The notes under the pieces: model-generated
Database searches by the model: none
What the model was told of the DNA's origin: nothing
Seen by the model: the letters and a program-made list of their open reading frames with translations, nothing else
Shown here: positions 22,699-34,335 of the stretch, in pieces
Position numbering within the stretch: the first letter of the stretch is position 1
Layout: every line of letters starts with the position of its first letter
Program-made: the position numbers and the translations under genes
Assembly: GCA_012862495.1 (NCBI GenBank)
Contig: BLSG01000247.1
Span: forward strand, 7,327-53,344
From: Thraustochytrium aureum
Taxonomy: Eukaryota
DNA: 46,018 nt
Reading direction: 5' to 3'

Positions 22699-23813
22699 NN
22701 NNNNNNNNNNNNNNNNNNNNNNNNNNNNNNNNNNNNNNNNNNNNNNNNNNNNNNNNNNNNNNNNNNNNNNNNNNNNNNNNNNNNNNNNNNNNNNNNNNNN
22801 NNNNNNNNNNNNNNNNNNNNNNNNNNNNNNNNNNNNNNNNNNNNNNNNNNNNNNNNNNNNNNNNNNNNNNNNNNNNNNNNNNNNNNNNNNNNNNNNNNNN
22901 NNNNNNNNNNNNNNNNNNNNNNNNNNNNNNNNNNNNNNNNNNNNNNNNNNNNNNNNNNNNNNNNNNNNNNNNNNNNNNNNNNNNNNNNNNNNNNNNNNNN
23001 NNNNNNNNNNNNNNNNNNNNNNNNNNNNNNNNNNNNNNNNNNNNNNNNNNNNNNNNNNNNNNNNNNNNNNNNNNNNNNNNNNNNNNNNNNNNNNNNNNNN
23101 NNNNNNNNNNNNNNNNNNNNNNNNNNNNNNNNNNNNNNNNNNNNNNNNNNNNNNNNNNNNNNNNNNNNNNNNNNNNNNNNNNNNNNNNNNNNNNNNNNNN
23201 NNNNNNNNNNNNNNNNNNNNNNNNNNNNNNNNNNNNNNNNNNNNNNNNNNNNNNNNNNNNNNNNNNNNNNNNNNNNNNNNNNNNNNNNNNNNNNNNNNNN
23301 NNNNNNNNNNNNNNNNNNNNNNNNNNNNNNNNNNNNNNNNNNNNNNNNNNNNNNNNNNNNNNNNNNNNNNNNNNNNNNNNNNNNNNNNNNNNNNNNNNNN
23401 NNNNNNNNNNNNNNNNNNNNNNNNNNNNNNNNNNNNNNNNNNNNNNNNNNNNNNNNNNNNNNNNNNNNNNNNNNNNNNNNNNNNNNNNNNNNNNNNNNNN
23501 NNNNNNNNNNNNNNNNNNNNNNNNNNNNNNNNNNNNNNNNNNNNNNNNNNNNNNNNNNNNNNNNNNNNNNNNNNNNNNNNNNNNNNNNNNNNNNNNNNNN
23601 NNNCTCGCTCGTGGCGGGCGCCAGTGCGCGAAAGGGCCGCTGCGCGAGGGAAGACGTGCGTGCGGGCGTGCGTGCGTGCGCCAGGTTGTCCACGGGCGCG
23701 GGCTGCTGACTGGCTGGCCGAGCTGGAGGTGGCCGCGGAGTGGCCGGGGCGCGACCAGGGGAGGGGCTGGAGACGGCGGCGTAGGCGCTTCGGACGAGGG
23801 AGCTGGGGAGACG

Positions 23814-24395
23814 ATGGACGTCCAGGGCGCGATGAACACCGGGATGGGCAACCTGAACAGCATGACACTGGACGAGCCCGTGTCTGAGACCATTATGCGC
23901 GACTTGAGGGCGATTGGGGTCAAGCTCAAGTTTGTGCTGCTGCCGAGCGCCTCCGGGGAGGAGACCATCTCGGAGCTCCGGAACTGGGATCTCTGGGGAC
24001 CGCTGCTGCTCTGCTTGGTGCTCTCGATCGACCTGAGCCTGGCTGCGAGCGCAGAGCAAAAGTCGGCCGCCTTTGCCTCGGTATTCGTCATTGTTTGGTG
24101 CGGCGCCTACGTGGTGACACTGAACGCGCAGCTGCTTGGAGGCAAGATCTCTTGTTTCCAGAGCGTGTGCGTGCTCGGATACTGCATCTTCCCGCTTGTC
24201 CTCGCCGCTCTTCTTTGCCTGTTTTGGGACAACGTGATCTGGAAAGGCGCCTTGGTCGGAGGTGGGTTTCTGTGGTCGACGCGCGCCTCCATCCTGTTTA
24301 TGGGCCAGTTGGTGCCGGCGGAGCGCAAGGTCCTGGCCACGTACCCTGTTTTTCTGTTTTACATCGTCATTAGCTGGATGGTATTCATCGGCTGA
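23814..24395 (+). CDS. YIPF6: Yip1-domain Golgi membrane protein (YIPF6/Yip4)
   Basis: TLDEPVSETIMRDL, LRNWDLWGPLLLCL, NAQLLGGKISCFQSVCVLGYCIFP and RKVLATYPVFLFY. Confidence 0.92.
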   Translation: MDVQGAMNTGMGNLNSMTLDEPVSETIMRDLRAIGVKLKFVLLPSASGEETISELRNWDLWGPLLLCLVLSIDLSLAASAEQKSAAFASVFVIVWCGAYVVTLNAQLLGGKISCFQSVCVLGYCIFPLVLAALLCLFWDNVIWKGALVGGGFLWSTRASILFMGQLVPAERKVLATYPVFLFYIVISWMVFIG

Positions 24396-25064
24396 CCGTC
24401 CGGCGCCGCTGGAGCGGCAAGGGTGGAGGCGGGCCTCTCGCGCCCCTCGCGGCCCGCCCCGCGCCGGCGAACGCGCACACGGGCGTTCTTTCGGCGCTGC
24501 GCCACGTCTCGCGGCGCCGCGTTGCATCGCGCGCGCCTGCCGGCCACAATACGGGCAATCGCATGGATCCGCTCGGCCGCCCGGCCCCCGCGCCCGGCGT
24601 ACATACCCACACCTGAGCTTGAAGAAACCACTGACCGTGACACACATTCTCGCGTGCCCTCCCGCGGTCGCTCGTCGCCTTCACCGCTGCGACGCTGGCT
24701 CGCGCTTACGCGGGGGCGGCGCTGAGCCAGGCCTTGAGCGATGGTTGTCCGCTTGCCGCGTCCCGCAGCAGGTCGCTCTCCTTGTCCCGGCAAAAACGAA
24801 TCAAATGGGCCACAGCAGCCCGGCCTGCGAGGTCAGCCACGAGCTGCTCCCGACGACACCNNNNNNNNNNNNNNNNNNNNNNNNNNNNNNNNNNNNNNNN
24901 NNNNNNNNNNNNNNNNNNNNNNNNNNNNNNNNNNNNNNNNNNNNNNNNNNNNNNNNNNNNNNNNNNNNNNNNNNNNNNNNNNNNNNNNNNNNNNNNNNNN
25001 NNNNNNNNNNNNNNNNNNNNNNNNNNNNNNNNNNNNNNNNNNNNNNNNNNNNNNNNNNNNNNNN

Positions 25065-25350
25065 AACCACTCCTTCCCCGCCGTCCGGCTCAGCGCCCGA
25101 CTTGCCCAGCCACGCCGGGTCCTCTGCCGCCCTCCGCTTCACAATCTCGATCACCGTGATCGCCTTGTGCAGGCCACGGCCCGTGCCCTCGACCGCCACT
25201 TGCCCGTGCTGCGTCGCACGGCCACTGAGTTAGCGCCATCTCTGCATCCGCCGAGTGCGACAACAGGCTTGACGGCAGGCTTACCTCTGACAGCTCGCGC
25301 TGCGCGTGGGCCACGTACGCCTGGATGGCGCCGCCCTCGCGAACGCGCAT
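25065..25350 (-). CDS. Alba/Rpp25-like nucleic-acid-binding protein (partial; intron 25209-25284; continues into gap)
   Basis: MRVREGGAIQAYVAHA... splices (GTAAGC...CTAAC...CAG, phase 0) to HGQVAVEGTGRGLHKAITVIEIVKRR, an Alba-type G..AI..K A I...EIVKRR motif. Confidence 0.7.
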
Positions 25351-25595
25351 CTTGGGCGCGCACTCAAGCCAATCGCCGCGCACCCAAGCGTTTCGGGTCT
25401 AAGTACGTGGACGTCGAGAGCCCACTTTGTAGTCGAGAGGAAACTCGCGTGGGCCAACTCCTGGACGTGGCAACTCGCCCGACCGCGAGGCTCGAGCAGA
25501 TCAGATGGTAAGCGGTTGACACAGCGAACGAATTGATTTTTGTGGCTATTGCTGGCGCACGCGCCGAGCGGACTCCTAAGCGCCCGGCCGGACGG

Positions 25596-28519
25596 TTACC
25601 GGGCCGGCGAGGACTCGACGTCAAACTTGGGGTTGACCGTGGTGAGCGAGTTGTCGACCTCCGCCTCGCCGCTCTCCGCTGGGGGCGCGGGCTTGAAGAA
25701 GTAGATCCCGGCCATGGTCATCAGCACAGTGGCCACGATGCCGCCGATGATGGCACCCCAGACAAACCCTGCGGTGCTCTCGTTGGCTTCCTCGTCTCCC
25801 GCCTCTGGGACAACCTCAAAGGCGCCAGACACGACAACAGCGAAGGGCTGCTCGCCCCGCCGGATGGCGGCGCCAGTGACAGTGACGCTGTACTCGGCCC
25901 CAGCGACGAGGCTGGCCGCGGGAATGTCGACCTGCTCGACGGTGTTGACAGAGTCCTTGACGACGCGCCCGTTCGGGAAAAACTTGGCGCCGCTCGGGCC
26001 AGAGACGGTCAAGTCGAGGTCGTTGACGATCGCCTTGCTGGCCATGGGCGAGGCAGCCGGGTCGAACCAAACCGGCGTGGCGCGGAACATGTCGGTGGCA
26101 GCTTGACCGCGTTGTACTTGAACTTGTACGTCACCGAGTCTCCCGTGTTCTTGACGACGGGCATGTCCGCAAAGTCGCCCTTGATAAAGATCTGCTTCTC
26201 GCCCGCCTTGAGGCTGCCCTTGAGGAAGAGCGAGTTGCTGAGCGTGGTGCGACCAAAGCCCTGGCGCGGCCCCGGGGCCCCAACCTTGAGGGTGTTGTTG
26301 AAGGAGACGCCAGTCATGTACTCGGCGCCATGCACCATGACGGCCTTGACGAGGGCGCCCATGGGCGAAAAGCTATCCTTGGCGGTAGCCTTGCCGCTCG
26401 GGTAAAACCCGTCCACGAAAAACTGACGGACCAGCGCGGTGTTGCCAGCCGTGATGGGCGTAGCCATTGACGTTCCCGCCTTGGCAGAGATCTCGCACGT
26501 CTCGGTGGGCACGGTTCCGTTGCCGCCGGAAGAGCCAGCAGAGAAGATGAAGAATCCGGGCGCAACGACGTCGGGCTTGATGCGGTTGTCAAAGGTGGGG
26601 CCGTTGCTGGAGAAGTCGGCCATGCTGTCACCGCACGACTTGTCCGAAAACTCCTTGGACGGGCACGGGTAAGCCGCAGGGTTACCAAAGTAGTTGACTC
26701 CAATGAACGTAAAGCTGCGGTCCGTGTTCTGCGAGGCGCCAACGGAGAGAAGGTTCTTGGCAGTGGCAGGCGTGCCCACAGTCAGGGCATCCGGGCCAGA
26801 GTTGCCGTTCGCGAAGAGAGGGAGGAAGTCCTGGTGCTCGAACACGTAGTCGTCCATGNNNNNNNNNNNNNNNNNNNNNNNNNNNNNNNNNNNNNNNNNN
26901 NNNNNNNNNNNNNNNNNNNNNNNNNNNNNNNNNNNNNNNNNNNNNNNNNNNNNNNNNNNNNNNNNNNNNNNNNNNNNNNNNNNNNNNNNNNNNNNNNNNN
27001 NNNNNNNNNNNNNNNNNNNNNNNNNNNNNNNNNNNNNNNNNNNNNNNNNNNNNNNNNNNNNNNNNNNNNNNNNNNNNNNNNNNNNNNNNNNNNNNNNNNN
27101 NNNNNNNNNNNNNNNNNNNNNNNNNNNNNNNTCCATGGTTTGGCAGCCCGAGTCGTAAGCGTTCAATGAGCCACCCCACGAGTTGGTGTGGAGCCGCGCC
27201 CCGACCTCGTAGGAAGGCGTAAAGAGGTCCGAGTAATCGTCAGGGGGGAAGATGAACCGGTCGATTTCGGCGACGCCGATGTCAAACATGGCGATTTTGG
27301 CCCCCGGCGCAGCGCCCTCAAAGTCGGAGGAGTTGAACGCGTTGCCAGAGCGGCCCAAGCCGTACGCCTTCGACTTGTCATCGCCAACCAACTCGGGGGC
27401 GATAGAGCCGGCCACGGAGCCCGCGACGTGGGTGCCGTGGCCGGCGACAGTTCCCTCGTAACCGTCGGACCAGGCCACGTACTGGACGACCTTACGGTGC
27501 TTGTCGTCGTTGGTCACGGTGCGGTTGCCCTTCGCGAGGCGCACCAGCTTGTTGGCAGCCTCGTCCACCTTGGGGTCGGCAAAGAAGCAGTGCTCGGTGT
27601 CCAGCCCGCTGTCGCCGACGCCGACGATCTGGCCGGCGCCGTCGATCCCGGCAACCCAGAAAGCAGCGCGGGCCTTGAACCCGCCAGTGAGGCTTTCCTT
27701 CGCGCCGAGCTCCTCGCCAGTCTGCGTCAGGATAACAGCGTCAGTGTTGGTCGTCTTCATCAGCGCGACAGGCTCCACCCAGATCGTCTCCTTGAGCTCG
27801 GCAGCGAAGTCGAGGCTGGAGGGCGACCCAAATGTGGTGAGAATCAGGGTTTTCTGCACCTTGTCGCTCGAGAGCGTCCGGGGCGCCTCGATCTCCACGT
27901 TGTCGCTCACGCCGAGGGCGCGGCGTGCCTCGTGGTGGTTGCGGAACGCCTCGGAAACCCTGTCGTAGTTCGCGGCCGCAGAGGGGCTCAGCCGGACGCG
28001 GCGCTGAGTTCCAAACAGGGAGGAGGCGGAGGAGCTCTCCATCAAATCAATGAGCGGGGAGACCTTGAGCTGCGGCGGCAGAGGCGCGCTAAACCCAACC
28101 GTGGACGGGATCACCGTGCCGTCGAGCACGGCATAGGTGGCTTTGTCGCAGTAGAAGAACTCTGCAGCCTTGGTACCGCCAGTGAGGGTGGCCTCGAAGG
28201 CGTCAGACTTGACGCCCTCGGGCAGCCGCACGAGCGAGATGCCAGCGGGAGTAGTCTTGGTGGCGGCTTCAAACTCGTTGGCCGAGGGAAACGCTTGGAA
28301 CCACTCTCCGCCGAAGGCAGTGCACGTCGCGGACGAAGGCTGCGGCGCGAAGCCGCCGCTCTCGAGGTTGCCATCAGCATCTTTCCTGGCGTAGATGCAC
28401 GATCCGAACGAGACGTGGCACCCGCCGAGCTCGGCAAAGGCTCGCTCAAACTCGCTCGCAGCTGCCTTGGCGCTCACAACCACCCCGGCGGCCGCGGCAA
28501 CGCCAACAAAGAGTCGCAT
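25596..28519 (-). CDS. Secreted/membrane-anchored S8 subtilase (KP-43/TagC-like); frameshift at ~26100
   Basis: Signal peptide MRLFVGVAAAAGVVVSAKA. Catalytic motifs VGDSGLD, HGTHVAG, FANGNSG and AGTSMATP, plus IKPDVVAPG. The C-terminal beta domain (VWFDP...VNDLDL...VNTVEQV) and a TM helix FVWGAIIGGIVATVLMTMAGIYFF lie in the second frame. Confidence 0.92.
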
Positions 28520-31251
28520 TGTTGGGCCTGGTGCTTGAGGCGAAACCTGAGTGTCTCAGTCGGTGCTTTGGTTTGTGTCTGGGGTCTGGGGACCTGATTC
28601 GCGTTCGGGGTCTGGTGAACGAAGGGGTTCGGCTTTGCTGCTGTTCGGCGCGACGCCTGCCCTGGGACGCCCACCTTTTCTAGGTAGCTCGGATTTTCGC
28701 AGCAGCGGATTTCGTTTTGTGTTCACCATAAAACTGCTGCGCCAGGCAGCTCATCTCTTGTGTCCTTCTCGAATCGGAGGCTTGGCTCGCTGCGCATCGT
28801 GTGTTTTGATTGGTGTTGTGGAAAAACCACAACTTGTTCAAGCCGCTGCTTGCCGTTTTCGTTGTACCATACTACTTCGCAACAGCCACGCTCCAGGAAT
28901 TTGTGATCTCCATCTCGTTTGGGAACGCGAATCGCGTCGACTCGACTTGGGCGATTGGCAAGAGTCTTCACAAACACGACACGTGTTTTGTAGGTACGAC
29001 AAAAACCGCCTGTCGGCAGAGCTCTCCGCTCGCCTCCTTGGCGACCCCCTTTGGCAGCGCTCGTGCGGCAGGGAGGGCGCAAGACACATCTACCTAGAGC
29101 ACAGAATCAAGTTCGATGTTGCCTGCCGACCACAAATCGGAGCGCTTTGCATCCCAGATCTTGCCCAGCCCCTACTAGTAGAGCGGGGGGACGAACAACA
29201 AACGGGCGAGCCGGGCAGGGTCGGTGAGGAAAAGTAACAAGCTGGCACAACGCAACAAAAGAAGGTCCTCCTTGACATGGCAAAACACCCTGATCTGAGA
29301 TCAAATTCGCCTCTTGCCTCCTCGACGCGAAGCGAGCAGCACTGAACTGCCGCGCGCAATGCGAGCACAAGAAACGCTTCGAGGTAAAGCTGACGAGCAG
29401 CCCGTACGGCGCTCGTGGTGTTACCGTTGAAGGTCGGCAAACAAGGACGGGGAGGTCAGGAGGGCGTCCGGGTCCCTTCGTCCAGTCAAATGCTGCGAGC
29501 GCCGCGGTTTGTGCTTGGAGCCCTGTTCGCTCGCGCAGCCGAGAACCACGACACAAACGAATGCCGAGCAGCATGATACTTAGCCTACTCGCAGGCTACC
29601 TACTCTGCAACCAATCAACGCCAAGCCCCATTTATGGTTTCTTTGTGATCTCCGCGACGGCACAACTTGAAGTCGTCGCCGCCTGCGCCGGGGATGTGGA
29701 GTACCGAAAACAATCGACGGCTCCAATGCTTCACTGGTCGCTTTTTGATTGCCGCTCCCTGCCTGTAGAGCGCAGCAAGTCTCCAAAGTAGCGAGCAAGC
29801 CAAGCCAGCCAGCATGATGGAGAAAAATGCCTCATGCGAGATTTTTTGTGCTTGTCTTGATTGAAAGTCGTGTGAATCAAAAGTCATCACTACTTAGCCG
29901 CGGCTAAGTACCCTCGTCTGTTCGTGATTGCTCGCGGCACGTGGGCAACGCTCGTTGATAGGTGGTTTTTTCTTTTTTTCACAGTCACGACCAAGTCACG
30001 ACCAAGTCACGACGCACCGATCACCTGCGGCAGCTGCAGCACCAGCGACACGCTCGACGTGGCCAAGGCATCACCAAACAAGCAGGATCCGGCCGGCACA
30101 AAACCGGGTCCCACGATCAACCGCAGGCGCGGCTTCCTCTTGGCGCAACCCGATGGACGTAACGCACTGCTAGTACCTTCGGTTTCCGCCAGACTCGACA
30201 AGTACGAAAGGCACAAAAGGCTGTGGTCCAAAATCCAAATGGCGCCGAACGGCGAATGATCCCACTAGCGAGCAGGTCGTTTGTTCTCTGCTAGTTCAAA
30301 GGAACGCACCTCGCGACGGTGTGCTCGAAACGCAATCGCAAGGCGCGTTCAACTCGGCACCAGCCAGACGCTCTGGTGCCGCGCAGCGAACGCCCGACAT
30401 CGAGCTAGCCGCCTACCGCGCAGTGGACTTTGGCGCGGCAACAGGCCGTCATCCAGCCAGCCAGCCAGCCAGCCAGNNNNNNNNNNNNNNNNNNNNNNNN
30501 NNNNNNNNNNNNNNNNNNNNNNNNNNNNNNNNNNNNNNNNNNNNNNNNNNNNNNNNNNNNNNNNNNNNNNNNNNNNNNNNNNNNNNNNNNNNNNNNNNNN
30601 NNNNNNNNNNNNNNNNNNNNNNNNNNNNNNNNNNNNNNNNNNNNNNNNNNNNNNNNNNNNNNNNNNNNNNNNNNNNNNNNNNNNNNNNNNNNNNNNNNNN
30701 NNNNNNNNNNNNNNNNNNNNNNNNNNNNNNNNNNNNNNNNNNNNNNNNNNNNNNNNNNNNNNNNNNNNNNNNNNNNNNNNNNNNNNNNNNNNNNNNNNNN
30801 NNNNNNNNNNNNNNNNNNNNNNNNNNNNNNNNNNNNNNNNNNNNNNNNNNNNNNNNNNNNNNNNNNNNNNNNNNNNNNNNNNNNNNNNNNNNNNNNNNNN
30901 NNNNNNNNNNNNNNNNNNNNNNNNNNNNNNNNNNNNNNNNNNNNNNNNNNNNNNNNNNNNNNNNNNNNNNNNNNNNNNNNNNNNNNNNNNNNNNNNNNNN
31001 NNNNNNNNNNNNNNNNNNNNNNNNNNNNNNNNNNNNNNNNNNNNNNNNNNNNNNNNNNNNNNNNNNNNNNNNNNNNNNNNNNNNNNNNNNNNNNNNNNNN
31101 NNNNNNNNNNNNNNNNNNNNNNNNNNNNNNNNNNNNNNNNNNNNNNTGGCGGGCGGAGTAGCCCGAGCTTCGAGATGGAGGGTTGTGAGGCGGCCAGGAA
31201 AGCGCGCCGCGCGAGGAGGAAACTGCGGCAACCGGCGCCGAAGCGCACGGG

Positions 31252-32082
31252 ATGGACCTCGAAGGGCCCAATGACGGTGCAAACGTCGGCGCGCACGCAA
31301 AGCCGCAGGCGCAAGGAAGCGAGGTTGCCCCACACGCCTTTATTGCGCCCGGGCCAGAGCCGCCGCGCGCTGGGACGACCGGGTGGACGATTTGGAACTC
31401 TTGCTTTGCAACCCTTCGGTTCATCGAGTCCCGCCTGGAAAGCGAGCCCCCTGGCGCGCCCTGGTCCGCGGACTGGTGGAATGGCAAGCGCGTCCTGGAC
31501 CTCAGCGCGGGCATGGGTCTCCTCAGTTTGGCTTGCGCAACACTGGGCGCTCGGGTTGTGGCCACTGATATTGGTGCAAAACAGGTCGGCACGATCCGCG
31601 AGAATGCCGCGATGAACGGGATGGGCCCAGAAGAGGTCCTGTGCATCGAACTGGCGTGGGGCGACGCAGCTGCTACCCACGCTCTGCTTGCGAGTCAGGG
31701 CCCCTTTGACGTCGTCTTTGCCTGCGACATCATCTACCCGGCGATTCGTGACGGGATCGAGCCGGCGCTGCAAGCCACGCTGCAGCACCTTGCAACTGCG
31801 AGCCCCAGCACACAGATAGTATGCTGCTACGAATGCCGACAGCCCCGCAAAGAAGAAGAGTTCATGGCTGCACTCTTGGCATCGGCTGGCGTAAAAGCTG
31901 TCCATATGAAACTGGGCTCAGAGCTCCTACGTGACCTCGAGCGGCCTGGGAGCCAAGAAAGCGATAGCGACGGCGAGGAGGGTGAAGGCGCCATGTTTGC
32001 GGGGCTCACGCTTCATGAAGCCCCAGACATTCGCTTCATGTTCCTCGGACAGAATCTCGAGGACCCCGGGGCCAAATCGTGA
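31252..32082 (+). CDS. Class I SAM-dependent protein methyltransferase (METTL21/Methyltransf_16-like)
   Basis: TTGWTIWNS, GKRVLDLSAGMGLLSL, VVATD, ELAWGD and FDVVFACDIIY. Confidence 0.88.
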   Translation: MDLEGPNDGANVGAHAKPQAQGSEVAPHAFIAPGPEPPRAGTTGWTIWNSCFATLRFIESRLESEPPGAPWSADWWNGKRVLDLSAGMGLLSLACATLGARVVATDIGAKQVGTIRENAAMNGMGPEEVLCIELAWGDAAATHALLASQGPFDVVFACDIIYPAIRDGIEPALQATLQHLATASPSTQIVCCYECRQPRKEEEFMAALLASAGVKAVHMKLGSELLRDLERPGSQESDSDGEEGEGAMFAGLTLHEAPDIRFMFLGQNLEDPGAKS

Positions 32083-32459
32083 GCGTGCGAAGGCATTCTC
32101 GCGGATTTCAGGGCGGAAGCCCTCATGGCCTTTCGCTGACTGTTCAAAAAATGGAGGACATGGCAAGGTGTGGATCGAAGTCGCATGCCTCGCGTTCGAC
32201 ACACGCGCTCGGTTCAAGCGCGAACCGGGTCGCCCAACGCCGCTCGAGAGAGGGCCGTCGCAATTGGGAAACGCTGCGGCGCAGTTGGACTCTTAAACCT
32301 GGGGCCTCGACAACTTGAGTGGTAATACTTGGGCTCCTTGATTGGTGTGAATGTCTTGTGGGGTTGATCTCTCTCCTCTTTGAGGTTGCTCGGTTAGCCG
32401 TGCTGGAGCGTCTGCCTACGGCGATGGACCGACGAGCTAGGGTGGCGCGCCCTGCAACA

Positions 32460-33161
32460 TCAGGCATCTACCACTTGCTTGTCACGCCCAGCCGAGCGAG
32501 ACCGGCCTCGAACCGCAGACGCGCCCGCGTCGCGAGAGAGGTCTTCGTCGCGGCTGCGCTCTCCACGTTTCGAGGAGCCGCGGTCATCGTCGTGGTCGCC
32601 ATAGCGGTCCCGGCGGCGGTCATCGCGGCGGTCGTCGTACCGGTCACCGCGGCGGTCTCCGCGGCGGTCGTCGTAGCGGTCTCCGCGGCGGCGTCGTAGC
32701 GGTCACCGCGGCGGTCGTCGTAGCGGTCATCGCGGCGGTCGTCGTAGCGGTCATCGCGGCGGTCGTCGTACCGGTCCCTACGGCGGTCGTCGTAGCGGTC
32801 GCCGCGCATGTCGTCATTGCGGCGCGAGCCTCCTCGGCTGGCGCTGCTTTAACAAGCGGTCAGGAGCCTGCGAATAACACCGCAAACCTGCAGCTCTTCG
32901 AGAAGAGAAGACATAAACACTTACCCGTCCTGCTGGCGCATGTCACGCGAGCTCTTGCGCTGATTCTTGGCCTCCATGACCTCGAGAAACTTGCCCTGAA
33001 GTTCTGTGCCGTCTATAGCACTGATGGCGGCCTGCGCATCGCCTTCGTTCAAGTACTCGATGAAGCCAAAGCTTTTCGGCTGCTTGTTGTAATAGTCGCG
33101 TGGGATGTAAATGTCCTTGATCTCGCCGTGGCGGCCGAACATCTCGCGCAGAACGTCCAAG
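32460..33161 (-). CDS. SC35-like/SRSF10-type splicing factor: RRM + R/D/Y repeat tail; first exon in gap; intron 32847-32924; frameshift at ~32693
   Basis: FGRHGEIKDIYIPRDYYNKQPKSFGFIEY...EAKNQRKS...M is typical of the SCL/SRSF10 RRM. A GTAAGT donor splices in frame into (RDDRYDDR)n and GRSRSA. Confidence 0.85.
32560..32805 (-). repeat. Coding 24-nt tandem repeat encoding RDDRYDDR/RGDRYDDR
   Basis: Repeated GCGGCGGTCGTCGTAGCGGTC-type units on the + strand. Confidence 0.85.
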
Positions 33162-33237
33162 CTACGCAGGCACGTTGGACAGCGCAGCGTCGCTCCTCTA
33201 TGCGTCAGCGCGCGCCGCATCCCATCTGGCGGGTGGG

Positions 33238-33238
<1 letters not shown>

Positions 33239-33279
<41 letters not shown>

Positions 33280-33309
33280 AACCAAGCCAAGCAACCAAGC
33301 CAGCCTGCC
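33239..33309. repeat. (CCAG)n microsatellite, intronic, abutting a gap; a similar array lies at 30453-30476
   Basis: Direct reading of the sequence. Confidence 0.9.
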
Positions 33310-34335
33310 NNNNNNNNNNNNNNNNNNNNNNNNNNNNNNNNNNNNNNNNNNNNNNNNNNNNNNNNNNNNNNNNNNNNNNNNNNNNNNNNNNNNNNNNNNN
33401 NNNNNNNNNNNNNNNNNNNNNNNNNNNNNNNNNNNNNNNNNNNNNNNNNNNNNNNNNNNNNNNNNNNNNNNNNNNNNNNNNNNNNNNNNNNNNNNNNNNN
33501 NNNNNNNNNNNNNNNNNNNNNNNNNNNNNNNNNNNNNNNNNNNNNNNNNNNNNNNNNNNNNNAGTCCTTCAATGCCCCCGCACGAACCGCGCGCTGCTGG
33601 TGCCGACCCGCCCCTGCTGCTGCTCCGCTGCTCCGCTGCTCCGCTGCTCCTCTTCCGACGATCGTTGCGGCTCTGCTGCGGCCCTGCTGCGGCCCTGCTG
33701 CGGGCGCCTGAACTGCTCGCTTCTGCGGTTGCACCGCGGCGCACGTCTTGTGGGGCCCCATGTGTCGCAGCCGCGCCGCGCCTCTGCGCCAATTACGTGA
33801 CGAACACGCGGTGGTGACGTATTTGATCAGCCGGTATCGGCGCAACGCACGTGACGAAGGGTCGCATACGTCTTGCTTATCAACGCCGCTCGCGTCATGG
33901 AGCGGCCGCCTTCGTCACTTGGGGTGCGCGCGTCACACCGGGCCCGTTCTCGTCACGCTCTTACGTCGAAGCACGTCACAGGCGGCCAGCGTTTCCAGGT
34001 TCGAACCGCAGTTGGGTGACGGTTCGCGTCATTGGGGGGGGGAGGCTGGAAAGTCCACTTTTCTTCTCGCTTTTTCTTCGGGGTCGCAGCAGCAGAGCGC
34101 GAGTGCTGCGGGCGGCGGGCGGAGGCAGTGAGGGCGGGGCGGAGGAGCTCGTGGGCGTGCGGACTGACGTGTTCAAGCGGACGAGCGGAGCGTTTCGTGC
34201 TGCTTATTTCTTGCGCGGTTTTCCGGACGAGCGAGAGGCTGACGCCGCAAGCGAAGCGCTTCGACTCGAACGTTCGCTCGGCAGGGCACTTACTGTTGGG
34301 AGCCAAGCGCGCGGAGGAGGCAAGTAGACCGCACG

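Noticed and set aside
28551..30476. Short ORFs or a transposon in the lower-GC region
   Set aside because: I recognised no transposase/RT motifs, terminal repeats or coding-like composition.
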